From contig JAKLZA010000101.1 in assembly GCA_030704615.1 (NCBI GenBank), positions 1-25,000 of the forward strand: 25,000 nucleotides of DNA, read 5' to 3'. Shown piece after piece: positions 1 to 11,387 of this stretch; the first letter of the stretch is position 1; each line of letters opens with the position of its first letter. Source of the DNA: Takakia lepidozioides. Its lineage: Eukaryota; Plantae; Bryophyta. The notes under the pieces are model-generated. The model did no database searches, was not told where the DNA came from, and saw only the letters and a program-made list of their open reading frames with translations. A program made the translations under genes and the position numbers.

Positions 1-338
1 CTCGATGCCCTAGAAAGGTGGTTTATTTTCGCCCGCAAGGCCCCGGGCTGGTGTTTCCTGGATGCAAACCCAAACAACAAAACAGAACAAAACAAAACTA
101 CGATGTTTTTTTTTTTTTAAAGTGCCATAAGGATCCAGGAAGGCTTTAAAAATTATTGTGAGAAATAATATATGTATATTTATGCAAAGGCCCTTTTAAT
201 CAAATTAAATAAGGAAAGACTACAAGATAGGTGGAAAAAATAACCACCTGGGGGCCGTAATAATTTAAGAGAAGAAAGAAAAAAGATCGGAACGAGTAGC
301 CACGTTATAGGGCTCCCGGTGTTAGGAAATATCGGACA

Positions 339-588
339 GTGGATGGATAGTGAAATAATGTCATCTAGTGGATGAACGAGAAGTCGACGGTCCTAAGGTA
401 ACTTGTGGCGGCTACCCTGGATTTCCTGGACGCAATTGGACCTTGACCTATCCGCACCTGCTTCTTCCACGTGGCAGCCAGACGGTGGGCAGCCTCACAA
501 CCCTTTGTCATCCATCACAATGAAGATTCACGCATTCATCCACCAGGATAATGCTCATCCGTGGATGAGTCGCGGATGGATGTGAACA
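339..588. repeat. Cluster of GGATG/CATCC motifs in both orientations, possible MITE/DNA-transposon remnant
   Basis: GTGGATGGAT (~339), GTGGATGA (~368), TCATCCATC (~508), TTCATCCAC (~535), near-palindrome CTCATCC-GT-GGATGAG (~554-569) and GGATGGATGTGAACA (~574-588). No TIR/TSD pair identified. Confidence 0.3.
467..475 (+). promoter_or_regulatory. G-box/ABRE-type element (CCACGTGGC) upstream of the bZIP gene
   Basis: Exact CCACGTGGC at 467-475 and a related TGCCATGTGGCA at 637-648. The motif match is seen directly; function is inferred. Confidence 0.3.
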
Positions 589-1769
589 AGTGGGGGGAAA
601 ATCCTAGTAATGCCAACTAGCAGCAGGAGGCAGGCGTGCCATGTGGCAAGCCAGCTGCTGCGCTTGCCAATTGGCACAGGGCCTGTACTACTAACGTCAA
701 CCTCCATCTACCGTCCGATGCAAAATACCCAACGGCACATACCGGTCGGCAGAAGGAAACTTTGTCCGTCAGATGACAGCTCGGACGGCCAGGATCCTCA
801 GAATCCAGGACCTTGGAAAAGATGCAGCCAGATTGTTTAGGGTTGCAAGAAAAGGAGGGGGATACGCTAGGTAATGTAAAAAAGCAGACGTAGGTGTGGC
901 GTGGTAGGTTTGCTTTGCAGGCCTGCTGCCGAGGTCCTCGCGCACCTTTGTTGTTGCTCTTGCCACTTGCGCGTGCATCTTCAACGCCCTCGTTTATCTC
1001 TTTGCAAGTCTGCGTTTTGCTACCTTGCATCCTGCGTTGCTGTTATTGTGGATCTTCCTCATGCATGCTGTAACCACTTTTGTGTCTTGCGGCGTTAAGA
1101 ATTCAGTTTCCCTGCGGAGTTGGAAGCATACGGGTGCAGATGCACGTCTGCCGACTCCCTCGGACTCGTGCCTGGTACCGCCTCCTCTCTGTTTTGGCCT
1201 ACTGGAAGTTTTCTAAGCTTTCTCTCCTAGTAGATCTTTTCTTTGTTTTTTAGTCTAGCGAACTTTTGTATGCGCCTTGTTCCAATTCGGTGAACTCTGG
1301 TGATGATTTCGTTTTTCTTGGTAGTGCGGTTGCAGAAATATGAATGTCTGAATGTTTTTTTTTTGTTTTTTACTCGTCAGAGGAATGGTTTGTGTTGTTG
1401 GCAAAGGCGAGGCTTTGTGCACAATGCGATTCAGGAAATCGGAACGACCGAGATGACGTTTTCTTTGGGGGATGCCGAGCGCTACAAGGTTTGTATGGCC
1501 TGTGTGAGCGGCGGTGTGTCATGCTACGTAGTTCTTTCCATGTTTTCCTTTTCTGCACGTTCTTCCATTAAAAGTTTGTCGAAGTTATGGTATAGTTTTG
1601 GAGCTAGTTTCCTCCTCGGTGACTAAGATCCAATGAGCACGGGAAGTTTTTGTGATTATGTATAACCACCACTTGGTGGCTGTGGCGCAGGTTAATGTGA
1701 AATGCTGCCGTGGAAGATAGAGCGTACCCCTAGGGCTAGAGGAACTTTGAAGCGGAGGATGTTGTGGCG

Positions 1770-4700
1770 ATGAAGAACTTTTGTACACCGGTTGAAGGAA
1801 ACCAGTTGTTAAAGAGGAAGAGAGTATTGACTGAACCAGGAAACCGCCAGAAGAAAGCATGTGGCCCAAGTGATGTGAACGTGGTATGCACCTCAACGAA
1901 AACCAAAGCTGCTGTCCAAGGTCCAGACATCATGAGAGCTTCTTTAGGAAAACGAAAGAGAAGCAAAGTGGTTGATGGCGAAACAGGTCATTCGCTGATT
2001 AAAACTGAGCTAGATGCAGCCAAGGCTCTCACGGAATTATTTGGCCTTGTTCAAGCACCTTATCCGGTTGAGGTTGGAGAGACAGGAATCAAGCATGTGC
2101 TATGGTCTCGGAAAAGGAGGAGATCCAATAGAAGGAAGTCAGAGAGTGAAAGCACTATTGCAGCGGCTGCCCTTCGCAACGATTCTGGAACTGCACACGA
2201 TTCTCTGCCTTTTTTTCCTCCTCGAATGAAAGTCGCTCAGGCATTTGTCACCATTGTGAAGCAGGAAGAAGATTCTGAGTCGGGGGATAAAGGTTGTCTT
2301 AGTTTATGTGCAGTCATGGATGATGACAAGCAGCTCCCACCTGCTTCTGAATCCAACCATGAATCAGCGCAACCCGACTCAAGATCCGAGAGCCCTAGCT
2401 CTCCACTTCCTGTGGTGAGAGCACATGTAGGCTTGATCCCCAAAGTGGAAGAGGGAGTTGCAGCACGGTCAGCATTTCGGCGGGTTGTTCCCTTGTGCCC
2501 TGTCAAGAGGCCGGTTGTTTCTTGCAATCTCAAGGTAGGTGTGGGGTGGGGGTGCTGTCCCTTTGACAACATTTCAGTGGAGCTTGGGAGGTGGGAAGAG
2601 TTGTGGATAACCTATGCCTTCTTAATACTTACAGGGTGAGGAGAAGTTCGTGGAGTGCTATGACTCAATGCCCGGGAAAGTTCCAGCAAAGCCAGCTAAA
2701 CGAAGGAAGAAGCCAAATTATTCAACGCGATTGAAGACAGAGGTTTTAGACCTGCCAACGATCCCTTCTTCAGGTGGCTTGTTCAGTAATTGTGCTGAAG
2801 CAGAAAGGAAGTTTCAAACAAATGATGTGGAGTCGGCAGTGATTGACTCTAAGGTGGATGTTAAAGTCCAGTTGCCTTTGGTGAAGTGGGAGAACAATCA
2901 ATGCCAGAAGCTGGGGCCACTTACTAGACAGAAATCTGCTATTAGTGAGGTAATTACTCCCACCATGTTCCACCAGCTTTTGGATTGAGAACAGTGTTCT
3001 GATTGGCTTTCTAGCAATTGCAAGATTTGAAGTGAAAGGTTGTGCTCTCAGGTCTTTCTCAGTTCACCACCTTCCAAACAGTTTTAACCTAGTTTACTTT
3101 GCACATCCTGTTTTTGGTTACGGAAGGTCGAAAGAGAGGCCCGTCGACTGCGCCGTGTCCAAGCAAATCGGGAGTCAGCCAGGCAGACCATTCGAAGGAA
3201 GCAGGTTTGTCCATGTTTTTGCACCTTTGTGCAAGTATGGTGCTCTTATTGAGATCTAATAATATCTGACTTTCAAACCGTTCTGAAAGGAAGGTGCACT
3301 CAACAGTGTGGTCCTTGTTTTAAGCAGGAGATGAGGCCCTAGCCTCAAATCGCAATATGCAGTCAAGGTGTGATTGTTGTAAGCAGGGACATCTGACACA
3401 TACATCTCTGGAACATGTTGCCTCTCTCACTCACTCTTGGAATGACACTGCTTTGTGCCGTTTCTGAAGGTTTTTTGTGAGGAGTTGGCGGCAAAGGCAG
3501 CAGAACTACATTTAGCAAATGATAAAATCAAGCAGGTGAGTCAAAGAGCTTGTGGCATGGTAAACATTCCTGAGGAAAGATGTTGGTTGGCTTGGTAGTA
3601 CTCAATGGGTTTTTTCGTTAATAGCTGTTATTCTAACACATTTGGGTCTTGGTGTAGATTGTCATGCCCAACCTGTTTCTTGCATTGACCTTTAGAGATC
3701 TTACAGGTCTGTTTTACAGGACTGTCTGTTTTAGTGTTTTCAAGAAATACTTATACAAGCGTTGATTTGTGTCTGCTCAGGAATTGGAACTGGTGGCTCT
3801 AAAACATAGGGCTTTACTTGATTTGAACCATCGGCTTAAGGAGCAGGTGAGTTGTTCATGGTGCTGTACTCTTGCCTTACCCCACGTTATCTGCCAATAT
3901 TTTCTGGATCCGGTTTGCGGTGTGTTACAATGCATGGTATTGCCAGAGGACCAGAATGAATGTCTATGACACCTGTTATGTCTGCCACTGGATTTGCAGA
4001 CTGGAAAGGAATCACTACAAGCTACGGCCAGGCCATACAGCACGGCACCGCCGCTATATCCCATGTTGCCGTACACAGGGTTGCCAATGCCACCGCCAGT
4101 TGTGTGGGCCTTTGCATTGGCACAAGCTGCAGCTGCCAGCCAAGCATCAGCAGTACAAGCAGTTGACCAGGGCTTGGCTGCAGACTACAATTCAATGGCT
4201 GCAGCTTTTAAGAACAATTTTGGCTTCAATCTCTGGATGGGAGGTGGCAGCACTATGCCCCCTATGTTTCCTGCACCACCCTTGGCACCTTTTGCAGGGA
4301 CCTCTGCTGCCTCTTCTAGTGCAGACCAGCAAGTGAGCATCTCTGGCCCTTCATCAGTCCCCACTCTTCCGGCTGCCTCTACCACATCTGTAGACAATGT
4401 ATCAGTATCTTTCGGAACAGACAGATCCATGACTCCGGGTAAAGCAGATACTCACTCTGACTTCATAATGAAGTCAGATGCATGTTTTCTGCAACCTCCT
4501 CTAGAGGCAGGCGTGAACGTTCACGCGCCACAGGCATTGCAGTCTGAAGTTTCAAATTCCATGCCTTCAGTGATACCCCTCTTTAGGATGTTGCCCCCAA
4601 GCCCAGGAGCAGAATGCAGGCCCGACTTTTTCCCTTCCTTGCCTCTCGGCTTGACCTCTGGCAATGGGTCTGCTGTTCCTATACCCCATTTAGACAAATT

Positions 4701-4899
4701 AGTCAGCTCCAACATCTTTTCGTCATATGGAATGGGAGGAACGGGCTTCTTGGGAAGCTTGCAACAAGTGACTCCACCCAAAGTGTCTGGAGCGGCAGTT
4801 GCAGCTGCAGAAGCCAGGCGACGTCGCAAAGAGCTGACAAGGAGCAAAAGCCTACAGATGCGGCAGGGTGCACGTTTGGCTAACCCCTCAGCTGTATAA
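1770..4899 (+). CDS. bZIP62: bZIP transcription factor, group J (AtbZIP62-like), ~729 aa; exons 1770-2534, 2635-2949, 3127-3204, 3470-3535, 3781-3846, 4000-4899
   Basis: All five introns are GT-AG and phase 0, giving one open frame. Basic region VEREARRLRRVQANRESARQTIRRKQ, then zipper VFCEELAAKAAELHLANDKIKQELELVALKHRALLDLNHRLKEQ with heptad L-L-I-V-L-L. N-terminal ELDAAKALTEL...WSRKRRRS and C-terminal AAAEARRRRKELTRSKSL match the motifs I recall for group J. The start codon is the least certain part. Confidence 0.9.
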
Positions 4900-5859
4900 T
4901 TACTTCTTTCCCTGTACTTAGTCAAGTGTCTTTAACTAGTTTTGCACAACGATTCAGTCGGTTTAGGAATTAGGTTATTCTTTGTCAAGGGTACATTATT
5001 AATGATCTGTTGACATCACATTGATAAATGGTGGGATAGAGACCCATTAGGTATGATGTATTGCTCTGCTTCAAGACAGTGGTGCTTATCATGCACCAGC
5101 GCAATGGGTCAACCACTACATGAGACTGAAGGATGCATGCAATCCATGCAAAGGGCAAAGAGATATTTGTTCATTATCCCTAGTTTGTAACACGGGCTTT
5201 GAAATTCAGTGATTCATTGCTATTTTTCCTCATGAATTTTGGACAGCTGTGTCATATTTTTTTAATAAGAGTTTCACTTCTGGAATGTCTTGTAGGAATC
5301 CTTTCATGTTGGGACTGGCTTCTAGATCTGATGTTTGAGATGGGCCCTTCTCCCTGGGTGCAATGATGTTTTACAAGCTCCGTTTGCAATCTACATCTCA
5401 CCTCTACAGCCACTGTAGTGTGGGCTCGCATGTACTTGACCTGGTCAGGGTGAGTCCATGTTTCTATATAACCAAACATTGCACTCTCCCTGCCTCATCA
5501 CACTGCCTTACAAAGTACTCTCCCTCGTTTGCACCTCATTTCCCTTCAGTTGTCTGCCCTGGTGGAGTCATAGTGCAGTTTCTCTTCATGCCAGAGAAAG
5601 GACTGGTGCAGCAGCTAACCATCACCCGTAGTGAGCTGGGATCAACAAAGCACTTTCACCTCCATCCTTCACCCAAGATGTTGCATTCTCCCCTGAGTGT
5701 TCTGAGGTCAAAGCAGCAGCACAATGAACAATGTGGTCCAGGGAACCAAAATACTCATAAATGGTATGTGAAAACACTGTAACATACCCAATCTGAAGGC
5801 ACAAGAGGACGAAGCCATACACTGTGTGCACACCCCACAATGTCACTACAACGGAGAAG

Positions 5860-8337
5860 ATGGGAGGGGAGGTTGCTGAAGCAGGGACTAAAGGCATGGA
5901 GGAGATGGGGGAGGAGGAAGAGAACACAGTCACAAGCGTGTGGCAAAGGAAGCACCATGCTTTGTACAAGGCGGCCACACGACATAGCTTCATTCTTAGC
6001 ATCCGCGATGGCTCTATTGACATGGATTCCTTCAAGCGCTGGCTGGTGGGCGTCTGAAGCCCTCTGTACCTTTGTCGGTCTGCTCTTCCATGGCTCGAGA
6101 TCGTGCCTTCTGGCTACCTGGACCCACTCTTGATTCGTCGTCCCTGCTTCTACAGATTGGTTTTTAGTCAAATTACGAAGGGATGGCGGGAAATTCTGTT
6201 TCCGGAACTGCATGGGTTGGTAAAGTTGGGGGCTTGGCTGATTTGCTCTTTTAGTTTATGGGCAGTAGAGGAACCAGATCAGGCACTCTTGTAGTTCGCC
6301 CACCAGCCATGGTTGACAGTTGGGGCCAGCTATCGCTCGCCACTAACCAGGGCCACTTGCTTGGAGTATCCATGAGGAATTTGCAGCTATGGCCCATTGA
6401 ACTTACGGGGGTTATCGCTGCAGAACTATGCTCAAAGTCTGTCGGCGAGGATGTGAACTGCTAAGTTGCCGAATTCAGTGCTAACATCCTGTCAATCCTA
6501 GTCGTCCTTATCATCTTCTCTAACTGGCGATGTGTCTCTCTATTTTTTGGAATGGGATGCTCACATCTGTCTTGAGTAAGTAAACTGAATGCTGCAGACC
6601 TCTAGAATTGAGAAAGACAGGTCTCTTCTGAGAGAACGAAAAATTACCAGTGCTGATTCGAGAGTGTCTGCAACATGCAGATTTTGTCAGCTCTTCACAG
6701 TTTCCATGCTCCCCTGCCAATAGATTATTTTTTCTAAGGCTGGTTATGAAAATTGTCGAGAGGGAGAGAGGGAGAGAGAGAGAGGAGGGTGGCCACAAAG
6801 CAGCAAAAGAGGTCGAACGGCCTTGAACTAACTAGAAGCGTAAGCCACCTCCACCAGCCTCCACATCAAGGGTTCCTTGTTTACCCCCTCGGAGCTTCCC
6901 TGCAGACAGAAATTGTGAATCCTAGAGAGAGTAGGATGTATACTTAGTTAATCATGTATACAGGTCGTGAGGGGCAGAAATGAAGGCCCCTCATCAACAT
7001 CCACACTGGTTTAATTGTTGAGTAACGTGCAGGGGCAGGACTACCACTTTGTTAGACATTTTGCAGCATTCTTTGCAACTGTGTTGCTGCAAATTCCCAA
7101 ACCCTCACCAGAGCCTGAGATGGGCACAATTTATGGGGGATTTGAAGCCCTTGATGGAGAGATATCATGGTTTCAGGCAGAGGCCGCCAAGTGGGGATTG
7201 CAGCTGGAGAATACGGTCATCCAGAAGTCAGTGCAGGAGTATTGCAAGTTCCACGGAGTATGATTGTATCCACATCTGCCAGTAAGGTTTCACAACAGCC
7301 CTCACGTATGCTGCTAGTATCTAGTATTGCGTATTGACTCTCTCTCTATCTCTATTTCCCCATATTGCATTGTGATCCAGGCTGCAGGGCCCTTGTGATT
7401 AGAAAGTATGAGACTTATAAGTGTGTTCTCTTCACTTCCTCTAACTCCAGACAAAATGTGTCAGGTTCCTAGAGAGACTGAAGGGTACTAGTATGTGGTT
7501 GCAATTGCTGCGCTTTGGACAATGGAAGTGGTGTATTGCGAGAGCTTTGCAGCATGTCTCGAGGCTGGGGCGCGCACCCCAGCTGAGCTACTTGAAGCAT
7601 GCAAGAGATGGGGAAGCCCTGAGTTTCAAGAGTATTGCTTGAAGCTAAAGAAGATCGCGGACAAAAATCTGGAAAGCGCTACACCAACTCTGCACAGCCA
7701 GGCAGAGGAGGTAACACTGACAATGTTGGTCATTCTATGCTGGCACATGAAAACACCTGCAGAAACACAAACAAAGACAAGGAAAGTTGAACCATTTCAA
7801 AAACCTCATTTCACATCGTACCTGATGTGCAGACGTAATGAACACAAGAAAAATTAATGGCAGAAGACACCCTAACAATTAACCACACTAACTGACTATG
7901 TTTTAAGCTCCCTGAAAGGAACAAACCATATGTTTGTACATGTATAAGATCCTGCCTAGAAGTTGATCATTTGATACTGGAAGTGACAACCATGTCGACC
8001 ATCAGTTGTATGAAAGTAATTTCATACATACCCTCAAGAATAGACCAAACTAGGGCCCCTTGAACTTAAAATCCACCAGAGGTAATGTCACTAACTCCAA
8101 AGTAGGCCACTGCAGAGAATCCTATCAAACTTGAAACAACAAACATAGGGTGGGCAAATAATTTTGTGTACCCGTCATTCTACATTTTTGTTCTAAACAC
8201 AAATTAGAAGTGGTGAGCAATGTGCTTCAACTCAAGCTGATCATTATATATTCTTGTATTGTTAGGTCTTTGTGGCACTGCTGGAGCATGAAGTGAAGTT
8301 TTGGGATATGAGCTCCGCCAACAGTGAAGCTGCATGA
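5860..8337 (+). CDS. TENA_E: TenA_E / heme-oxygenase-like multihelical thiamine-salvage protein (TENA/THI-4/PQQC family); exons 5860-6045, 7033-7247 (or 7257), 7465 (or 7492)-7710, 8266-8337; frame disrupted at the exon 2/3 junction, so possibly a pseudogene
   Basis: Translated pieces: ALYKAATRHSFILSIRDGSIDMDSFKRWL | GQDYHFVRHF...GGFEALDGEISWFQAEAAKWG...EYC | FLERL... YVVAIAALWTMEVVYCESFAACLE...ACKRWGSPEFQEYC | VFVALLEHEVKFWDMS. These follow plant TenA_E (At3g16990-type) in order, with GT/AG at the boundaries. Confidence 0.85.
6758..6789. repeat. GA-rich microsatellite-like tract in TenA intron 1
   Basis: GAGAGGGAGAGAGGGAGAGAGAGAGGAGGG, purine-only. Confidence 0.6.
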
Positions 8338-10840
8338 GCTATTAAAAGTTGAAATGACCACCCTACGTCCATAATTACATCGGTGGTACATACAAAGACG
8401 ATCTCCCTACTGAACGCGAGAAATGAACCATCTTGGGGATTACTGACATCAATCCTGGATTGTGGATGGCTCTTGGACCCATACATCTTCCTCTCTGTGA
8501 GGGTGGTATGGATGGTGTGATTGCCCCTGTTTCCAACAGTTTGCAGGGGTTCGACAGAAATAAAAAGCACTGCTCCTAGGTAGATGCCTAATGTACTCTC
8601 AATGGGCATTAAACTAGATGAATTCCGGACATGCTCTTGTCACTCGTTAAGGATCAAAAGACAGATCACCATCCAAAAGTCATTGTTACATTATGCTTGG
8701 GGCCATTTGCTATGAAACCTCCAACATTGGGCATCAGCGATACAGGAGTGCCTAGTTCTTGAACACCCACAAATCTGATATAGTCCTGGGGGCTATGAAT
8801 CGGACCACTGCCAAATATCATGCACACGCACAAGATCTGCAGGAATCAAAAGACATTCGATCAGGTCTGAAATACTACAGTTGAAAGTATATATGACCCA
8901 CCATCCTGATCATACATGGGTGTATAAGGGTTTCCACATGAGGAGAGAATCTCGCCAGGTCGGCTTTCATAGACGAAACCCAAATACGGCAGGAGAAACT
9001 GAGTCATTGATCTTGCAGGCTACAAGAGCTCACATTGTAAAGGCTTACATAATACATAGAAAACCCACCTCCATGCTCATTTATCTCGGGGTAGGGATTT
9101 GCTTGACTTCTGTCATCAAAATTATTTTCTTAAACTTGGTCCGGACGTCCGGACCGGCCCAGCAAACAATGCGCAGAAACACAGATCTCTAGGCGGGCAA
9201 GTCCTCAAATAACAGTGTCCAAGATTCGAGACCCGGTTCATTGGAGGAGGCAAGTTCTCAAGTCAAACATTGGGGGTTGTGCGTGCAAACATGGAATTTC
9301 AATCTGGTGTCTAACGGCATCGGTTTATGTAAACGCCTGCTGCTTAGTTTCCTCGGTTAACCCTGGGCAAGAGATTGACTGGACCATAACAGTGTTCTCA
9401 AGATACGTAAGTATCACCGCTTTCCAGTTTCCACTGCCCTCGAGGAGATTCCTCAAATCGTGCTGTACACTGGGTATACCCAGGGCGAGATCATATTGCA
9501 TACACTGTGGATCTTGTTCGAGGATTAATTTGAGGGTGCTATGGACCCACCTTTCAAAATGTCAAAGTTTGCCCTTGGATGGTCAGAGTTAGACTTTACG
9601 AATCCAAGGTACAATTTCCGCTCCAGTGTGCTAAGGCAGTAGTAAGCCTAAGGAATGTTGACATTGCAATTACATTACAATGCTGCCATGCTCCCCATTT
9701 TTAGGATATAAAGAGTTCACCTTCTTGCTGAATTTTCATACCATAAACTCATAAGAGCAATAATTTGACAATTTCAGACCTTGTGATTGGGTGGCGGATT
9801 GTGTTTTATGCTCATTTGAGCCAAAACTTTTTGCAAAAATTCTGATTTGACCAGCCCAATCACCATTTCATGTTCCAATCATATATTGTGAATAGATCAC
9901 TGTGCCATCATTTACAAGGCTGAGGAAAATGGCTGTGGAAACAGACATGGGATGGCCCAAACTTGTAAGAGCTATTTCTCACAAGGGTGACAGCTTCAAT
10001 GTCCTGACTTAGATCAATGAACCAGACTCTGGAGACCTAAAAGACCCCCTTCGCTTTCGTAATATGGTAGGTCTGAACAATGAACATTGAGTGGCACCCT
10101 CTTACTAAAGTTGCCCTTCTTCTGACATGCGTTCATTATATGGATCTATATTGGACCTGGCCCTTTTCTTAAGGGCTATGCCCTTATTTCAAGACCACAG
10201 CAGTGGCTCTTGTAAGAGATTCAAAATTAGGCATTGGACTACCTAACTACCTTACCTGCCTACGCTGTCCGATAATAATTAAATCCAAAAAGAGGCTGCC
10301 GAAAAATCTGAAATCATTACCCTTCCAGTCCCGAACATCAATTCGACCCCCAGACCCGACCCGTCATAATCTCCTGCGTTACCATTACAATAGGCATGCA
10401 CACATGCAATTTTTTGAGTTTTTATTATTTACTAGGGTTTCGCGTTGCTCCGCACTACTAGCGACGAATTCTGAGAACTAAGTTCAATTTTTCACAAAAA
10501 AAGGGGTGGGTCATCCCCCGGTGGTACATGAAGAGATCCCGTGTTCTGTTTTTTCTGGAAGAAAAATGGCGGATCCAAAGCTTCGCACATTTCAAAAAAT
10601 AGACAGATCCCGAAACAACTACTTTCCTGTACTACTAAAAATTAGAGGATGCCAGTACTTTTAAATGAACATGTGCTCAGGGCCATGAAGTGCGGCAGAA
10701 AACTTCCTTGAACCTGTTTCCAGTCAGTGACATGGGGGAGGCCATCAATTCAAAGTCAAGGCGAGTAGCCCGATCCATTCAAAATGGGGCATCTGGGAAT
10801 TGAATCTCTCCTTGACAAATTTGGTTCTGGGAGTGGATTG

Positions 10841-11335
10841 TAGAGCATCCTCAATGCTCCCACATTTGGCATATATGTCCACCAGAGCAGTGTTCAGGAT
10901 GACATTGGTACAATTGCAGATTTGATGATGTCACCATGGATCTCTTTCCCTTTTTCCAGGGCTGCCAGGCTCGCACACGCACTGCGAACGCACACAAACG
11001 TTATGTGGTCGGGCTTCACTCCTTCCCCCATCATTTGCTCATACGTCTCCAAAGCCTCCATCCCGCGCCCCTGCTGTGCATACCCCGCAAGCATTGCACT
11101 CCATAACACCACATCTCATTCAGCGATAGTGTTGAATACTCCCTTGGCATCCTCGATGCGCCCACATTTGGCATACATGTCCACCAGGGCAATGTTCAGA
11201 ATGACATCTGGTAACCTGACAGACATTCACATTTTTGCCTCGGTTGTCCCACCATAGACTGGGTTCAGAAAAGTATTCATTCCACAGCTTCTCTTCATCT
11301 CTGTTACTTGTTTTTGGATACTTTTCTGTTGTCAC
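10841..11335 (-). pseudogene. Decayed PLS-class PPR gene fragment preceded by a partial OSB-type PDF motif
   Basis: From 11211 the minus strand reads PDVILNIALVDMYAKCGRIEDAKGVFNTIAE*DVVLWSAMLAGYAQQGRGMEALETYEQMMGEGVKPDHITFVCVRSACASLAALEKGKEIHGDIIKS, then after a frameshift TNVILNTALVDIYAKCGSIEDAL (S-P-L-S motifs). Stop at 11118-11116 falls where R of ERDVV is expected. The two YAKCG copies are 302 nt apart, i.e. a 303-nt triplet minus 1. LWNEYFSEPSLWWDNRGKNVN lies at 11287-11225. Confidence 0.9.
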
Positions 11336-11387
11336 ATTGGCAGTATCATGTCAAAATCACTCCAACCTATCAAAGATTCACTCAACC

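Noticed and set aside
106-118. Poly-T tract as the tail of a minus-strand retroelement
   Set aside because: No adjacent retroelement body or TSD recognisable.
403-1700. Several 60-137 aa ORFs upstream of the bZIP gene
   Set aside because: No recognisable motifs; they overlap a T-rich promoter/leader/intron-like region, and many start at non-ATG codons.
8055-8095. CCCTTGAAC...GGTAATG in TenA intron 3, resembling the 3' half of a TPP aptamer
   Set aside because: No upstream CUGAGA, wrong spacing and no P4/P5 pairing.
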